A stretch of DNA of 63,684 nucleotides, filler included, from Octopus bimaculoides (GCF_001194135.2; 9 parts of 9 records of this genome joined end to end with filler, not necessarily neighbours in it); one strand, 5' to 3'. Positions 22,955 through 37,005 are shown, numbered from the whole stretch's first letter. Notes: a model not told the origin generated them from the sequence alone. Program-made: numbers and translations.

Positions 22955-25108
22955 ATGATAATGATGTAAAGAAGAGCTAAAGCAAGATATCCTCGACAAA
23001 GTACGGAATCCATCGGGATTAGAAACGCCAACGTTTCTTTGAACAAAGTAAACAGTCAACACCAACCCTAAAAGTTTCTATCAAGAACTTGGCAAATATA
23101 AAATAGGAATCAATGCAACACTAACAGTAAAAGTGGAAGAATTTTGGACAGAAATATGGGCGGCGAAAGAACAACATTTGAAAATGTCTATCAAATCAAA
23201 AAACTAAGCACTTGAACAAATTTGGAGCCCTATAACAACTGAAGAGGTCACACAGGCACTGCAAATCCTAAACAACTGTAATACACCCGGTCACGATAAG
23301 ATTCTCAATTTCTAGTTATTTTACCTGACAGGAACACTTAAAAAGCTGGCTGAGAAATTTAATGAAATACTAGCAGAGCAAGAGACAATGCCTGATTGGC
23401 TCACAGAAGGGAAATTTATGCTAATTCTCAAATCCACTCAAACGCCAAACCCACAAAATTACAGACCGATAAATTGTCTCACTAAAATTTACAAGGCCTT
23501 TAGTGCAGTGACATCTGAGATAATGACGTACAAACGCTATATATACAACGTACAGAAGGTGGTAGAGGCCTTATACAGCTGGAAAACTATTAGAAAATAA
23601 CCACCATAGGACTGCGAACATACCTACTTCAGAAGCAAAGAAATCTAATACAAAATGCCACAAAATATGAGCAAAAGAAAAAATGTGTTTTCAGTATTTA
23701 AGGAAGCTGACAAATACAGACAAGAACACATGCTACCTAACAAATAATAATAATAATAATAATAATAATAANNNNNNNNNNNNNNNNNNNNNNNNNNNNN
23801 NNNNNNNNNNNNNNNNNNNNNNNNNNNNNNNNNNNNNNNNNNNNNNNNNNNNNNNNNNNNNNNNNNNNNNNNNNNNNNNNNNNNNNNNNNNNNNNNNNNN
23901 NNNNNNNNNNNNNNNNNNNNNNNNNNNNNNNNNNNNNNNNNNNNNNNNNNNNNNNNNNNNNNNNNNNNNNNNNNNNNNNNNNNNNNNNNNNNNNNNNNNN
24001 NNNNNNNNNNNNNNNNNNNNNNNNNNNNNNNNNNNNNNNNNNNNNNNNNNNNNNNNNNNNNNNNNNNNNNNNNNNNNNNNNNNNNNNNNNNNNNNNNNNN
24101 NNNNNNNNNNNNNNNNNNNNNNNNNNNNNNNNNNNNNNNNNNNNNNNNNNNNNNNNNNNNNNNNNNNGAGGAGGAGGAGAAACAACAAAAGCTATAAAAC
24201 AAATGAAATCCAAACTAAAACTAGAACAGCAACGGACCATGATAAAACGATGGCAAGAAAAGCCCCTACATGGTAAATACTTGGCTAAACTAAATGCAAA
24301 ATAAATGGACAGAGAGAAATTCCAGCAATGGTTGAGAAGCTCAGGATTCAATGCAGAGACTGACGGATTTTTAATTGCTGCGCAACACCAAAGCCTCCCC
24401 ACCTAGAAATTACCAATAACATATAAGGAAAAGAAATATAGCAAGTACCTGCAGAATGTGTAGCGATGGACAAGAAACAATAAACCATATTATCTTTGGC
24501 TGCCTAGTCCTGGCTAAGAAGGAATATATTCACATACACGACAGAGATGGGACCTACATATACTGGAAGCTATGCCAACACTATGGAAAAACAACAGAAA
24601 AAAGATGGTATAGGCACACGCCAGAAAAGGTCACAGAAAACGAGAAAGCAACCATACTCTTGGATATGCCAATACACACAGATAGAGAAATTAAGGCCAA
24701 TAGACTAGATATAGTTGTCAAAGATTATGAAGGAAATAAATGCTTTCTAATTGATGTATCAATCCCAGCAGATGACAATGTTTCTCTAAAAGAAATGGAG
24801 AAACTTTCAAAATACAAAGACCTGAAATAGAGGTAACTCGAATGTGGAATCTAAAAACAGAAACAATTCATATCATAGTATGCGCACTAGGCATGATAAA
24901 AAAATATTCAGACAAATACATAACAAAAACACCAGGACTTACAAGTATATATTACATACGCACTTGTGGGCACTGAACACATCCTACGCAAAACGCTTTC
25001 AATACAGTAAACATAAGAGCAACACAGCAAACCACAGCACTTACCCAAGGCTCACAGAGCTGCGCTCGGTAGTAAAGTGAAAGCACGCTATCAAAATAAA
25101 ACTACTGA
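22955..25108 (+). mobile_element. R4/Dong-clade LINE, degenerate, interrupted by a gap
   Basis: 5' part has WLTEG...LILKS...PQNYRPINCL (RT N-terminus). 3' part has ETDGFLIAAQHQSL, C..C.DGQETINHIIFGC, HDRDGTYIYWKLC and ANRLDIVVKD..CFLIDVSIPADDN..KEMEKLSKYKDL. Both ends are bounded by (AAT)n. Confidence 0.85.
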
Positions 25109-25117
25109 ATAATAATG

Positions 25118-25180
<63 letters not shown>

Positions 25181-26989
25181 TTGGCTTGGATTGACTTTAA
25201 GAAGGTATACGATATGATGCCTCATCCATGATCGTTGAATGCCTACAAATGTTTGGTGTAGCTGACAAGATCACAAATTATTTGATGCATAGCATGAAAG
25301 AGTGGAAAACCAAATTGTACTCATGTAATTTATTCCTTGAGGAAGTTAATATTTAAATGGGGTATCTTCCAAGGTGTCGATTTTTCTCCGTTACTTTCTG
25401 TAATTGCATTAATACACATAACTTAGGAAAGTTAAGTTGGGTTACCGATGTGGGGAGAAACGCCCGTTACTGAATCATCTTCTGTGTATGGATGACATGA
25501 AATATTTGGGAAATCTGAAAAACAGATAGATTCCTCAACCAAAATAGCCCAGAAGTGTGGTAGGGACATTTGTATAGAATTTGGGATTACTATATGCTCA
25601 GTACTTAATATGAAAAGAGAGAAGAAAGCAGCCTGCAGATGATTGCGGTTATCATCAGGAGAGACTATCGATGAAGCCAACGGTAGTCGGTGTAGATATT
25701 TAGAGATTTTGGAGCTTGACGACATTCTACACAGAGAAATGAAAGTCAATCTCAGCGAGGCGTATCAAAAGAGGTTGAAAATTGTGTTGAAATCCAACCT
25801 GAATGGCCAAAATTTGATTACCGCAATGAATATCTGGGCAGTTGCGGTGGTCAGATATAGTGCGTCAATCCCCAGATGGACAAAAGAGCAAATATTTACA
25901 CAGGACGAGAAAGTTGATGACACTGTATGGGGTGCTACACCCTAAGTCAATCGTTAACAGACTATATGAAAAGAAAGAATGGACTAATTAATATATACCA
26001 TTGTATAAGGGGTGAAAGGAGAACGCTTGCCGAGTATTTGATAATTAGTGATAAAGACTTGCTGCAATATACCGCAACAGATATGGGTGTAAATGCAGAT
26101 AGAATGATGTGCAAGGAAGGGTTTAAGCATAAAGCTGAGGAGAAGAGAACAGAAAACCTTCCTGAAAATAGAATGCATGGATAGTTTGAAAAGAATACAC
26201 AAGACGTTGGGGATAGTAGAGCATCATGAGCATGACTTAAACGAGATGATTTGAAGCGCACCACCGAAAGCCTGATCATTACTGTACAAGTCGAGGCTTC
26301 CGCTACCAGTTCAGTGAAGTATAACATTTATAAAACTTCTGACACCCAGAACTACAAGCTTTGGAAAGAGTGTGCAAAATATGACCCACTGGGTATGTAG
26401 ATGTGAGAGCCTTGCATAAAAGAATACAAGCGTTGTCACGATAAACTGTGTATCTTCATTGGCTCTTATGCCGTAAATACCAATATGATGTAACAAAGAA
26501 TTGGTATGGTCATGTTCAAGTAAAGTTATGCAGGAGGATGGGAAAGAAATGATACCCTGGGACAGTGACTTACAGACGGATCGTGTAATCGAACACTGTC
26601 GGCCGGATATTGTCATATTCAGTAAGTGACACAAATACTCTTAGAACATAGATGTAGCCATATCAAATGACATGAATGTTGTGAGAAAATAGATTGAATT
26701 AAATCTCCAAGTACTGTGAATTGGAAGTGAAAATAGGAGGACTGTATGGAATGCGAGAGGGTAATGTAAAAGTGATAACAGTTGTGATCGGAGCATTGAA
26801 ACTTCAAAACTTCTTAAGGCATCTGGAAATCCCATGCAAGATTGATGTCTTGCAAAACGCAGCCTTATTGTGCACAGCGCACATCTTAAGGAAAGTATTT
26901 TCTGTCCGAGATCCTTGTTGTGACTTCACAGATGACTAAAGACTCCGATGCATTTTTACCTACACTGTGTTACAAACGAATAATAATAA
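25181..26989 (+). mobile_element. R4/Dong-clade LINE, 5'-truncated (RT plus RLE), a different family from the preceding copy
   Basis: AWIDFKKVYD, GIFQG, HLLCMDDMK, LKSNLNGQNLITAMNIWAVAVVRYS, HCRPDIV and VVIGAL...LLCTAHILRKVFS. It starts directly after (AAT)n and ends in taataataa. Confidence 0.85.
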
Positions 26990-27669
26990 GGAAAATAAAT
27001 AAATAGATAGATAAGTAAAAACCTATTTTTAAACAGAGGCTTCCCACCTACGTTCAGAACTATATCTTAAAATGTATGGCCTTTCAAATCAACACTTGAC
27101 ATAGTCTATGCAACCTCTAATACATATCTAACTGTTGGATGCGAACGAAAAACATCATGAACTTCGTACGAATTATATCAGATTACAGTTGATGAATAAG
27201 CACGAGCAAATTTTGATTTTCTTCTGTTTGATGTCACATTTCAAATCGTTGTTCTCTCTTTTTCTTTCTCCTTTTATCTCTTTCTTTCTCTCTCTTCACT
27301 CTATCCGTTTTCTCTCTCTCTGTCTCTCTCTTTCTCTGTTCAACTCATTTGTGTAGAAGTACGAAGCAGCACATAGAGGCGATTTACGAAGTTAGATTGG
27401 AAAATGGCAATCCAAGGGAATAAATCAGTTGTCAGAATTTTTAGGTTGAAAATCATGGAAACTTGAGGAATCTGAGGGGGTCCCTTTGATGTAGTTCATT
27501 CAAGTTGGTCTCTGATCTAAACTGCTTTCATTAAAACTTCTCATGATCTTTTCCGTTTTTTTAGACACCATTGATCTATTAGCGATATTTTGTCTTCATA
27601 TCTAACTTCTCATTTCTACCGGAAATGTCTTTAAAAATACGTACTCACATGCAACATACATGCTTTAAT

Positions 27670-30331
27670 ATGAAATGCCTGATGTACTGGCTTATATTTA
27701 TGGGTTTCATATGTCTGGAAAACTAGTGTAATATTCATCAATATGGTAGATATTTGTGCTATTCATCATCAACGTAAATTTGAAGTACACCTTCTTTAAC
27801 GTCTGACACACCAGGTTTCTGTATCATTCTAGACTATATTAATTCTCTTACGACCTAATCACTTGTAAAGAGGTGGGGATCCATTGAATAATGATGATAT
27901 GTTATCGTATCCTCCCCAGGTTATTGGTGTTATAGATAAACTTTGCTTTAGAGAGCGAACTCATGAAAATAAAACAAAGACTCATTGTGCAATTTCCTTA
28001 TTTTATTTCTTAAACGTAACTTCAAATTACATATTACATCAGAACTATAACAGTGAGCTAACATATTGAGCAAACGTTACCTTATCGAAATTCATTCTCT
28101 TGCTTTTCTTAAAAGAAGAATGCTTTGAGGTTACTTACATTCTCATGCTAGTGTATATGTGTCCTTATCTCAACAGGATATTTAGTAGATGAACTATTAT
28201 TTTACTATGGAACAATATATTCCAAGGCCTTACTATTGGCAAACCGATTATTATCAGACCATATACTAAGAATGTTTATTTCGTATAAAACATCGGAGAC
28301 ACATCACCTCACTGATGCCACACTATTTGAAAACTGGATTGGCTGCATCCCCACTGCTGGGCGATTCTCATAATATTTACGTTAATTTGAAGCCACACCG
28401 ATATAATCTTTATTACTACTCTCATTTGCAAGGTAAATGTTGATGTAATCATTTCATAATGAATAACATAGTTATGTTCGGTCCCTCATAGAAGATAACA
28501 AACAATATTTCGCTCTGTATCGTGTTTGTTATCACATCAACACTAAGAGGAATAAAATTGAAGATAAACACATGTTCTATAGAAAATACTCTGTCAACTC
28601 CTGAGCTATAAAGAATGGATTAATCACTTTGTAAAAATGAAGAATACAATAAGCGTACGAGAAAAGTTGCTTGAGAACAATGTAAAATCTATTCAGCGAA
28701 ATGCACATTTAGGATGTCTTCGAAGTATCGTATAATTTTGACGAGTAAGTCCTAATATTTGCCTAGTAGTTGTAAGTTATTTTCATTCTGGCTTCATCCT
28801 AAGAGCGCAACCTATTGATTATTGGGTTGTAAGCCATGAACATTTCGTTATTTTGCAAGCATCGTATAGTTATGGTTACTGTTCGGAAAGGATTTCTTCG
28901 AATCAATATTTAGAAATATTTCAAGAAATTTGGGCACTTGAAGGGAGCAATAGATTCCTGAAGACTTGAGTTTTAGAAAAGTACGTGCTAATGAATTTAG
29001 AGATATCTGAAGATTTTTCCGTTGATAGGAAAAATATGCAGGAACTCATATTTCGGGATCAAGATCAATTGCAGCAAATTTCAAGACTGTAGACTAATCT
29101 GCACAAATTGTAGAAGAGCTGAATTAATTCAGCAAGTCGAAGATTCGTAAATTCTTTACACAGGAAATTTTAGAAAATGCAGGAAGAGTTTTGGATAAGA
29201 CAATTTACGAGTAATTCATAATTCATTCGAGAGCTTGCCTCAGGTACATCACTCTTAACCCTGCATGATTAGCACCTTGAATACTTTCTCTGCGTCGACT
29301 TATGTTCCCGTTTTTTCTCAACTAACAGCGTCATATATTGATTTTACTTTTCGTAGCAGTGTTTAAATGTATCTAATCTCTCTAACGTACGGAAAATGCA
29401 ATAAAATACCAACAACTGTAAAGACATCACAGTAATTTAATTAAGCATACTTTGCGGTATATTATATAAAAAGTAACATTCAGAGCAGGTATTTATAGGC
29501 TGAGATGTGAGTAATTTTAAAGATAACACATTTTGCAATCAACTGCAGAAAGTACAGCATAACTACAAAATCCAAGAGAAATCATCACGATTACATATAA
29601 CTGGTAATGCAGGTTGAAAAAGCATATATTACAGCATTATTTTAAAATCGTCTTTTCTCCGTTTATAACGAATATCTATATAATACGATCAAATACGTGC
29701 ATCAATAAAGACAGGTTAATCAGGCCTGAAATGTAGTAGAGGGAATAAAATAAATTAATAAATAGCTACATAATACTGAATCAATTTAATCAATTGGTCC
29801 TTCGTAATAGACTAGGTTTTATATATATATATATATATATTTGTGTGTGTGTGTGCGTGTGTGTGTGTGTGGGTGTGTGGGTGTGTGTGTGTGTGTGTGC
29901 GTGCGTTTGTGTGTGTGTATGTGTATGTGTGTGTGCGTGCGTGTATGTGTGTGTGTGTATAAAACGAGTTATAAATAATCATAATTATATATTTTTCTTT
30001 ATTGCAATACTTTTGGCATACAACTATTTCCAGTAGTGATTATAGGTTCGTTATCGCTAGGTTTACTCAATCGTTTCATTCATATGCATACATAAGCATG
30101 TGCATATATGTGTATATATATATATATATATACACCACCTATGTTATATATGCATTTATATTTGATATCGAAATCTGGCGAGTTATTATTGGTTTTAAAA
30201 TAGTGCATATTTCTTTTTTGCGGCTGTCAGTTCATAATATTGTGTACGATATTTCTGTTTCTGTACTCATTTATGTACTTAAAGCAAATACTTATAGGAT
30301 ATTTCTTTGGAAGAGAGAAATAAGATTATGA
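27670..30331 (+). pseudogene. Decayed leucine-rich-repeat receptor, Toll-like receptor-like (signal peptide, LRRs, TM, TIR-like)
   Basis: Across frames: MKCLMYWLIFMGFICL (27670). LRR-like ILPRLLVL*IN (about 27910), LNVTSNYI (28010), ILSKRYLIEIHSLAFL (28063), NNIFQGLT (28211), LLGDSHNIY (28354), LLENNVKSIQRNAHLG (28667) and LSFRKVRANEF (28966). TM-like IQLFPVVIIGSLSLGLL (30018). TIR-like YAFI..W.V...LRLSVH/NIVYDISVS..IYVLKAN...LWKREIRL (30140-30331). Many stops and frameshifts. Confidence 0.5.
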
Positions 30332-30859
30332 ATTCAGAAACATGAGTCTAAATTGTAATCTGCCTAATTGAAATGGTGAATATTTTTCATTCAACAATGC
30401 AAATATTTATATATATNNNNNNNNNNNNNNNNNNNNNNNNNNNNNNNNNNNNNNNNNNNNNNNNNNNNNNNNNNNNNNNNNNNNNNNNNNNNNNNNNNNN
30501 NNNNNNNNNNNNNNNNNNNNNNNNNNNNNNNNNNNNNNNNNNNNNNNNNNNNNNNNNNNNNNNNNNNNNNNNNNNNNNNNNNNNNNNNNNNNNNNNNNNN
30601 NNNNNNNNNNNNNNNNNNNNNNNNNNNNNNNNNNNNNNNNNNNNNNNNNNNNNNNNNNNNNNNNNNNNNNNNNNNNNNNNNNNNNNNNNNNNNNNNNNNN
30701 NNNNNNNNNNNNNNNNNNNNNNNNNNNNNNNNNNNNNNNNNNNNNNNNNNNNNNNNNNNNNNNNNNNNNNNNNNNNNNNNNNNNNNNNNNNNNNNNNNNN
30801 NNNNNNNNNNNNNNNNNNNNNNNNNNNNNNNNNNNNNNNNNNNNNNNNNAAAGAAAACA

Positions 30860-31720
30860 AGTGATCAAATGTTATATTTAATTGAAATTTAATTATCAAT
30901 GTACTTTCCTTGATTATCTATGACTTCCTTCTAACTATTTACAAACTTTTAATCTCATCAATGTAAAACTCTTTCGATTTCAAAGCGAAGAGTTCTGACA
31001 TGTCAGTTTCGACCTCCTCCTGGCTTGCGAAAGTTATGTCCCTTAAATGATTTTATAAACTACGAAACAAATGGTAGTCTGAACAAACAAGGTCGGCAGA
31101 ATAAGCTGGATGAGAAATACTTTTCCACCCAACTCTTCGATCTTCTGTGATGTGATCTTTGCAATGTGGGGTTGCACATTGTCCTGATGAAGCATCACTC
31201 CTTTTCGATTCACTAAAGCCGGTCTTTTTTCTTCAAAGCTTGTTTCAAACGCTCTAATTGTTGGCAATAAGACTTGGACATTGATTGTTGCATAAGGTGG
31301 TAACAATTCAAAGTGAATTACTCCTTTGCAATCCCAGATAGAGAGAAGAACCTGTTTCCCATGAAGTTCCCTTCTCGGTTCTGGTTGAGTTTTTTTCCCT
31401 TTTACCAAGTCAATATTTACGACATTTAACATTTCGACAGAAGATCTACTTTTCGTCAACAGTCACAAGAATATCCAAAAAGAGTGAAATGAGTTCGCGA
31501 GAATGGAGAGGAGTGTAGATGTCAACTCGGAATTTACGGTTCCTTTCGGACAATTCATGAGGCACACATTTTTCAACTTTAGGAACCTTTCCAAGTTGTT
31601 GAAGATGACGATGAACACTTGTATAGTTTGAACTAAGCTTTATTGCCAATTCTTCAACCGATAATGCAGGATTTTCTTCAAGTTATGCCTCAAGGAGCTT
31701 ATCATCAAACTCCATGTTTG
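30860..31720 (-). mobile_element. Mariner transposase remnant, 5'-truncated
   Basis: HRHLQQLGKVPKVEKCVPHEL, LVTVDEK, WDCKGVIHFELLPP, EKRPALVNRKGVMLHQDN and SDYHLFRSL. Confidence 0.9.
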
Positions 31721-33544
31721 AAAGGGTTTTAATCAACGAAAGTTTAACTCTATTATTCTGTAAAATATTTAATTAGTTTAAATGTACACAAATCCATAAA
31801 AATAATTTTTCATTCTATTAGACATTCTAAAATACTATTAAATTTCATTCAATTTTAAAAAAGGTAAAATCGGACAGAACTTATGGGATGACCTGATATA
31901 TGTATTTATATGGGTATCCAGATATTCATACATACATGGCTGAAAACATACATACAATAGTCTGCTTAACTGATGCCCACAATAACTTACTAACCTGGCA
32001 ATGCTAATCAAATTTGGTGCCTGTATGTTCATGAGAAAACTTTGATACCCTACAGGCCATCTCAGAACGCATCTGCGCAGGGTTCAGGATGTACAATTTG
32101 GAAGGACAGCAGATTACACACCACTTGGATGGTAATTTTTTATTGCTGAGTAGACTGTGATAGCATATGAAATAATATAATCGCGGGCGTCATGCGCTAC
32201 ATTGGTCCATAAATTGTATATGCAATCTAAAATACACACACACTGACATGTGCAATATATACATGCATATCAATATGTAATTATATATATATATATATTT
32301 GTTTATGTGTGTGTGCGTGTGTTTGTGTGTGTTTCTTACTCTGTGTGTGTGTGTGTGTGAGTGTGTTTGTACGGGCGTGTGTGAATGTGTATTAGTGGGA
32401 ATGGATACGCTACTTAAACGAGAAATTCGTCCCTCACGTCATTTTTTTTTTGTTAGAAATCACATTATAATCCATCCGTTTCAAAGCTTCGTGGTTTTCT
32501 CAGTGTTCTGAGCAGTTATTTATATAACAACATATCGTAAAAGCTTATAAGTAATGGAAAATAACATTTACATCAACTTGGTATTTTTTATTACAATTTT
32601 TGCATAATATCATGCTCTGCACCACATTCTGTCTGCACTCCAATTAGAGAATTTGCTATTTAGAATTTATGAATTTTACTACGTAACAAAAGTTGAAATA
32701 ACAGTACCACTATCCTACTTTTCCTTTCTTTGGTAGATATATAGAAAGTAAACTTAGAGAATGTTTGATAAACTCAGTGAAAGAGACACTTAATCAGCAT
32801 TAAATATGAAACCTAACGTATTATATCCTCTAATTCGTTATTTCTCACTCGTTTTACTGATATGAAAAAAATATGAACAAAGAACCATCGGACATTTTCC
32901 TCAATAGCTTTTGTATAGGTTTTTATTCGTTTTTTAATCTATTAAATTTAAATGTTTTCTCAACTAAAGTATTGAAAACGTCTGTCAAGATGTATATCTT
33001 AAAAGTTAAATTATCTTACTAATCACTGAAAGTAGCATTCAACTGAGCTGCAGAAAATATTTAGATAAAACGACAACTGCTTACTAATTTGTAAATTTAT
33101 TTTCGTATTTCATAGAACAATTCAGTGTTTAACAATCGGGAGAAATCCTGTTTCAGCCTCTTTTGCATATTTAGCCATAATAAAAACTGAGCGCTAATTA
33201 CTTTCTGTTATATGTATCATTCTATTTTTGTGGTATATTTCTTTAAGAATATTCTTTATTTCATAATAGTCTATTGTATAGATATATTAGGTTGCTAATG
33301 TAAATATTTACGTATTCTTGTAGTTAGATAGTTATAATCACTGATGACAGCTTATAAAATTTATGGTGCAACTTCTACAAATTCTTGTATATTCCCTGAA
33401 ATACAATATTTCACGATTAATATTGGTATTTTGCCATTCAATACATGTTGGTTTCTGTATTTTCATCAGTCGATTACTTTTAGACAAATATCTGTAAAAC
33501 TTTTAACGCTCTTCCTAACCCCGGTTTAATATTCCTTTCTCCTA

Positions 33545-34180
33545 TAGGCACAGGGCCAGATATTTTGCGGGAGGGGCTAGTCGATTGTAGCTAGTAGTCA
33601 ACTGGTATGCATTTCAGCAACTCCTGTAATGATAGCAAGCAAAGTTGACCTCGGCAGTATTTGAACTCAGAACGAAAAGATAATCAAATGTTTCTAAGCA
33701 ATTTGTGCAGTGAGGTAGCGCCACAAAGCATTACTTGGCGCAATAATGATTCTGCGAAGTTACTGCTCTCAGTTGCAGGGTAATGCGTATTTATATTAGT
33801 TTCAATTTTTGGCACAAGGCCAACAATTTCAACGGCGGTGGTAAGTCGATTACAGTCATTTCGGTGTTCAACTGGTATTTGTTTTATCGATCGCGAAAAT
33901 ATGAAAAGCAAATTTGACCTCGGTGACATTTGAACTCAGAATGTAAAAGCGGACAAAATGCCGCTAAGCACTTTTGCCGGGGCATAAACGTTAGCACACC
34001 GGGCTTAGCGATATTTTTTCTGGTTTTACGTTCTGAGTGCAAATTCCACCGTGGTCGACTTTGCCTTTCATGCTTTCGGGGTCGATAAATTAAGTAGCCG
34101 TTGAGTACTGTGGTCGATCCAATTGACTGGCCCCCTCCCCGAAAATTTCGGGTTTTGTGCCTAGAGTAGAAAAGAATATT
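33545..34180. mobile_element. SINE family B cluster, including a head-to-head inverted pair
   Basis: Minus copies at about 33545-33740 and 33790-33985, and a plus copy at about 33985-34180. Confidence 0.7.
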
Positions 34181-34654
34181 AATAAACAGATTGACGTACA
34201 TTGTCAGACTACATATACCCAGGAATATTTCACAAAGAAAAGAGTGTAGATTATATATTTTTATCAAAACTATTAACAACAGTCTATCTAAAGTGTGCGA
34301 TGATGTTTATTGGTATACATTTTAAATTATGCAAAATGAAATTTACCTCTCAAAATGTCTCTATCGTCATGTCACAAAATTCAAGATTTCTCTTCGGTAT
34401 TTTATTTCTTCTTCAATGACAAAATTCATTGCTGCGAACTAATCAAGTTCTGAGAAGTTAAGCAGGTGGAAAACTGATAGTATGTTACTTCGCATAATAT
34501 ATTTTATAAAGGCATTTTCGAAATAATAGTACAACTAAGTAAATGTACGATTATTTTGTGACATCTACTTTTCAGCGGAATCGCACTTTTCCAGTTTTAT
34601 TGCATTGGATTATAATATGTACAAGATAAATGTCAAACTATGAAGTAAAATAAC

Positions 34655-34800
34655 ATTAATTTCCAAATTTGGTACAACGCCAGCAATTCCAGGGGAGGGT
34701 TAAATCAATTACATCGATCTCAGTACTCAACTGATACTTATTGCATCGAGTCCCAACAGGATGAATGGGAAAGTGGACCACGAAGAAATTTGAAATCAAA
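34655..34800 (-). mobile_element. SINE family B fragment
   Basis: Reverse complement of the family B core. Confidence 0.55.
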
Positions 34801-35213
34801 TAGATGGAGAGAGACGGAACAGTGAAAGGAAGAGAAGAATAGGGGAGGGTTGGGAGAGAGAAACAGAAAGGATGAAGAACAGGGAGATATATGAAAAGGC
34901 AAATTTTCAAATCAGCGTATGAGTTCTACGGCTTTCATATAAGCTGACAAGGTGAGTTGAGTTTAATGTTAGGCACGGTAAGAGACACCGACGAGAATTA
35001 AGAGGTTGTCCATCGAAATTCGAAATCGCCCGGGATCTGTCTATGTCCCTTTGTGAGTCATTAAAACAGTGCTTCTCTGGCGATTGAGCCATCTTGATTC
35101 TTATTTTTAGCAATGCTGGTTCTACTCAATACCTCTTTCACGTTGGTGATGTCTTTCTCTCCCTCCCTCTCTGTGTCTCTCTTTCTCTCTCTCTCTCTCC
35201 CTCCCTCTCTGTG

Positions 35214-35267
<54 letters not shown>

Positions 35268-35268
35268 C

Positions 35269-35301
<33 letters not shown>

Positions 35302-35974
35302 NNNNNNNNNNNNNNNNNNNNNNNNNNNNNNNNNNNNNNNNNNNNNNNNNNNNNNNNNNNNNNNNNNNNNNNNNNNNNNNNNNNNNNNNNNNNNNNNNNN
35401 NNNNNNNNNNNNNNNNNNNNNNNNNNNNNNNNNNNNNNNNNNNNNNNNNNNNNNNNNNNNNNNNNNNNNNNNNNNNNNNNNNNNNNNNNNNNNNNNNNNN
35501 NNNNNNNNNNNNNNNNNNNNNNNNNNNNNNNNNNNNNNNNNNNNNNNNNNNNNNNNNNNNNNNNNNNNNNNNNNNNNNNNNNNNNNNNNNNNNNNNNNNN
35601 NNNNNNNNNNNNNNNNNNNNNNNNNNNNNNNNNNNNNNNNNNNNNNNNNNNNNNNNNNNNNNNNNNNNNNNNNNNNNNNNNNNNNNNNNNNNNNNNNNNN
35701 NNNNNNNNNNNNNNNNNNNNNNNNNNNNNNNNNNNNNNNNNNNNNNNNNNNNNNNNNNNNNNNNNNNNNNNNNNNNNNNNNNNNNNNNNNNNNNNNNNNN
35801 NNNNNNNNNNNNNNNNNNTATATATATATATATATATATTGAGAGAAAGAGAAAGAGAGAGATACATACATATAGATAAATTTGACTGTGTTCATAGAAA
35901 TACACGCACATTTATTCATATATTAAAAATATATATCTACCTATATACCATCTATCTTTTTATCGATTTAGATT

Positions 35975-36043
<69 letters not shown>

Positions 36044-36062
36044 TTAGATAGACAGATAGATA
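35975..36062. repeat. (GATA)n microsatellite
   Basis: Visible directly in the sequence. Confidence 0.95.
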
Positions 36063-36708
36063 GATGTATGGTTATGAGTATAAGTTTAATGGTCTGTATA
36101 TATACGTATCTATGGACTCCGCTGAAAATTTATATTTGAATGCGAAAGCTATATTTTGTCTATTCGGCTCGACAGATTCGAATTCTTGAAACACGTTATT
36201 ATTTGTTGCTTTTGATATTAACTTATCTGCCTTTTTTGCTCGGTCTCTTTTTAGTATTGCTATCGTGCGTAAGATGTAGATATTCCTTTCTCAATATCTT
36301 TCAAATGAATAGTATATCAGTACACAAAAATAAATAGGCAGCTAGATAAATAGATAACGGCATCCAAAAATAACAGCGTAAAAAACAATGGATGTTTGAT
36401 GCAGCATAAATTGTCTCTTATAAACACTATAAACCTTTACACTTCATTACGCAGGACATCACAGGGGCGACAACTTGCTTGCATACTATTCATATGAGAC
36501 ATTTTTTTAGAATATAAAATAGTTCTCCATCTAATCATAGCGTATGGGTTACTGAGGGAAAAGTATACCTAGAATTCTCAGAAATTTTTCTTTAATCTCC
36601 GAAACATACTTATTCCTGCTACATATCTATATTTAAGGTTTGTTATTTTATATTTCCATATACTCTAGCAATGCTGATTTATGTCACAATTATCTTCTTT
36701 AATATATA

Positions 36709-36808
36709 NNNNNNNNNNNNNNNNNNNNNNNNNNNNNNNNNNNNNNNNNNNNTTAATTAATTAANNNNNNNNNNNNNNNNNNNNNNNNNNNNNNNNNNNN
36801 NNNNNNNN
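36709..36808. other. Assembly placeholder gap (N..TTAATTAATTAA..N, 100 bp); also at about 17964, 22645, 39262, 41103, 44247, 60498 and 62581
   Basis: An identical 12-mer with stops in all six frames sits in the centre of fixed 100-bp N runs. Confidence 0.9.
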
Positions 36809-36839
36809 TATATATATATATATATGAATATATATATAT

Positions 36840-37005
36840 ACATCTGGCTTTTTTCAGTTTTCGCCTACCAAATCCACTCACAAAGCTTTGGTCGGCCTGA
36901 GGCTATAGTAGAAGACACTTGCCCAAGTGCCATGCAGTGGGACTGAACCCAGAACTACATAGATGGGAAGTGAGCTTCTTACCACACAGTCACTCCTGCA
37001 CCTAA
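36840..37005 (-). mobile_element. SINE family A, 5' half, CpG-decayed
   Basis: Matches the 3627-3790 head with several CpG to TpG/CpA changes. Confidence 0.75.

Noticed and set aside
27360-29400. Minus-strand reading of the 27-29 kb region as LRR or transposase
   Set aside because: Only sporadic Leu patterns. The plus strand gives the ordered signal-LRR-TM-TIR layout.
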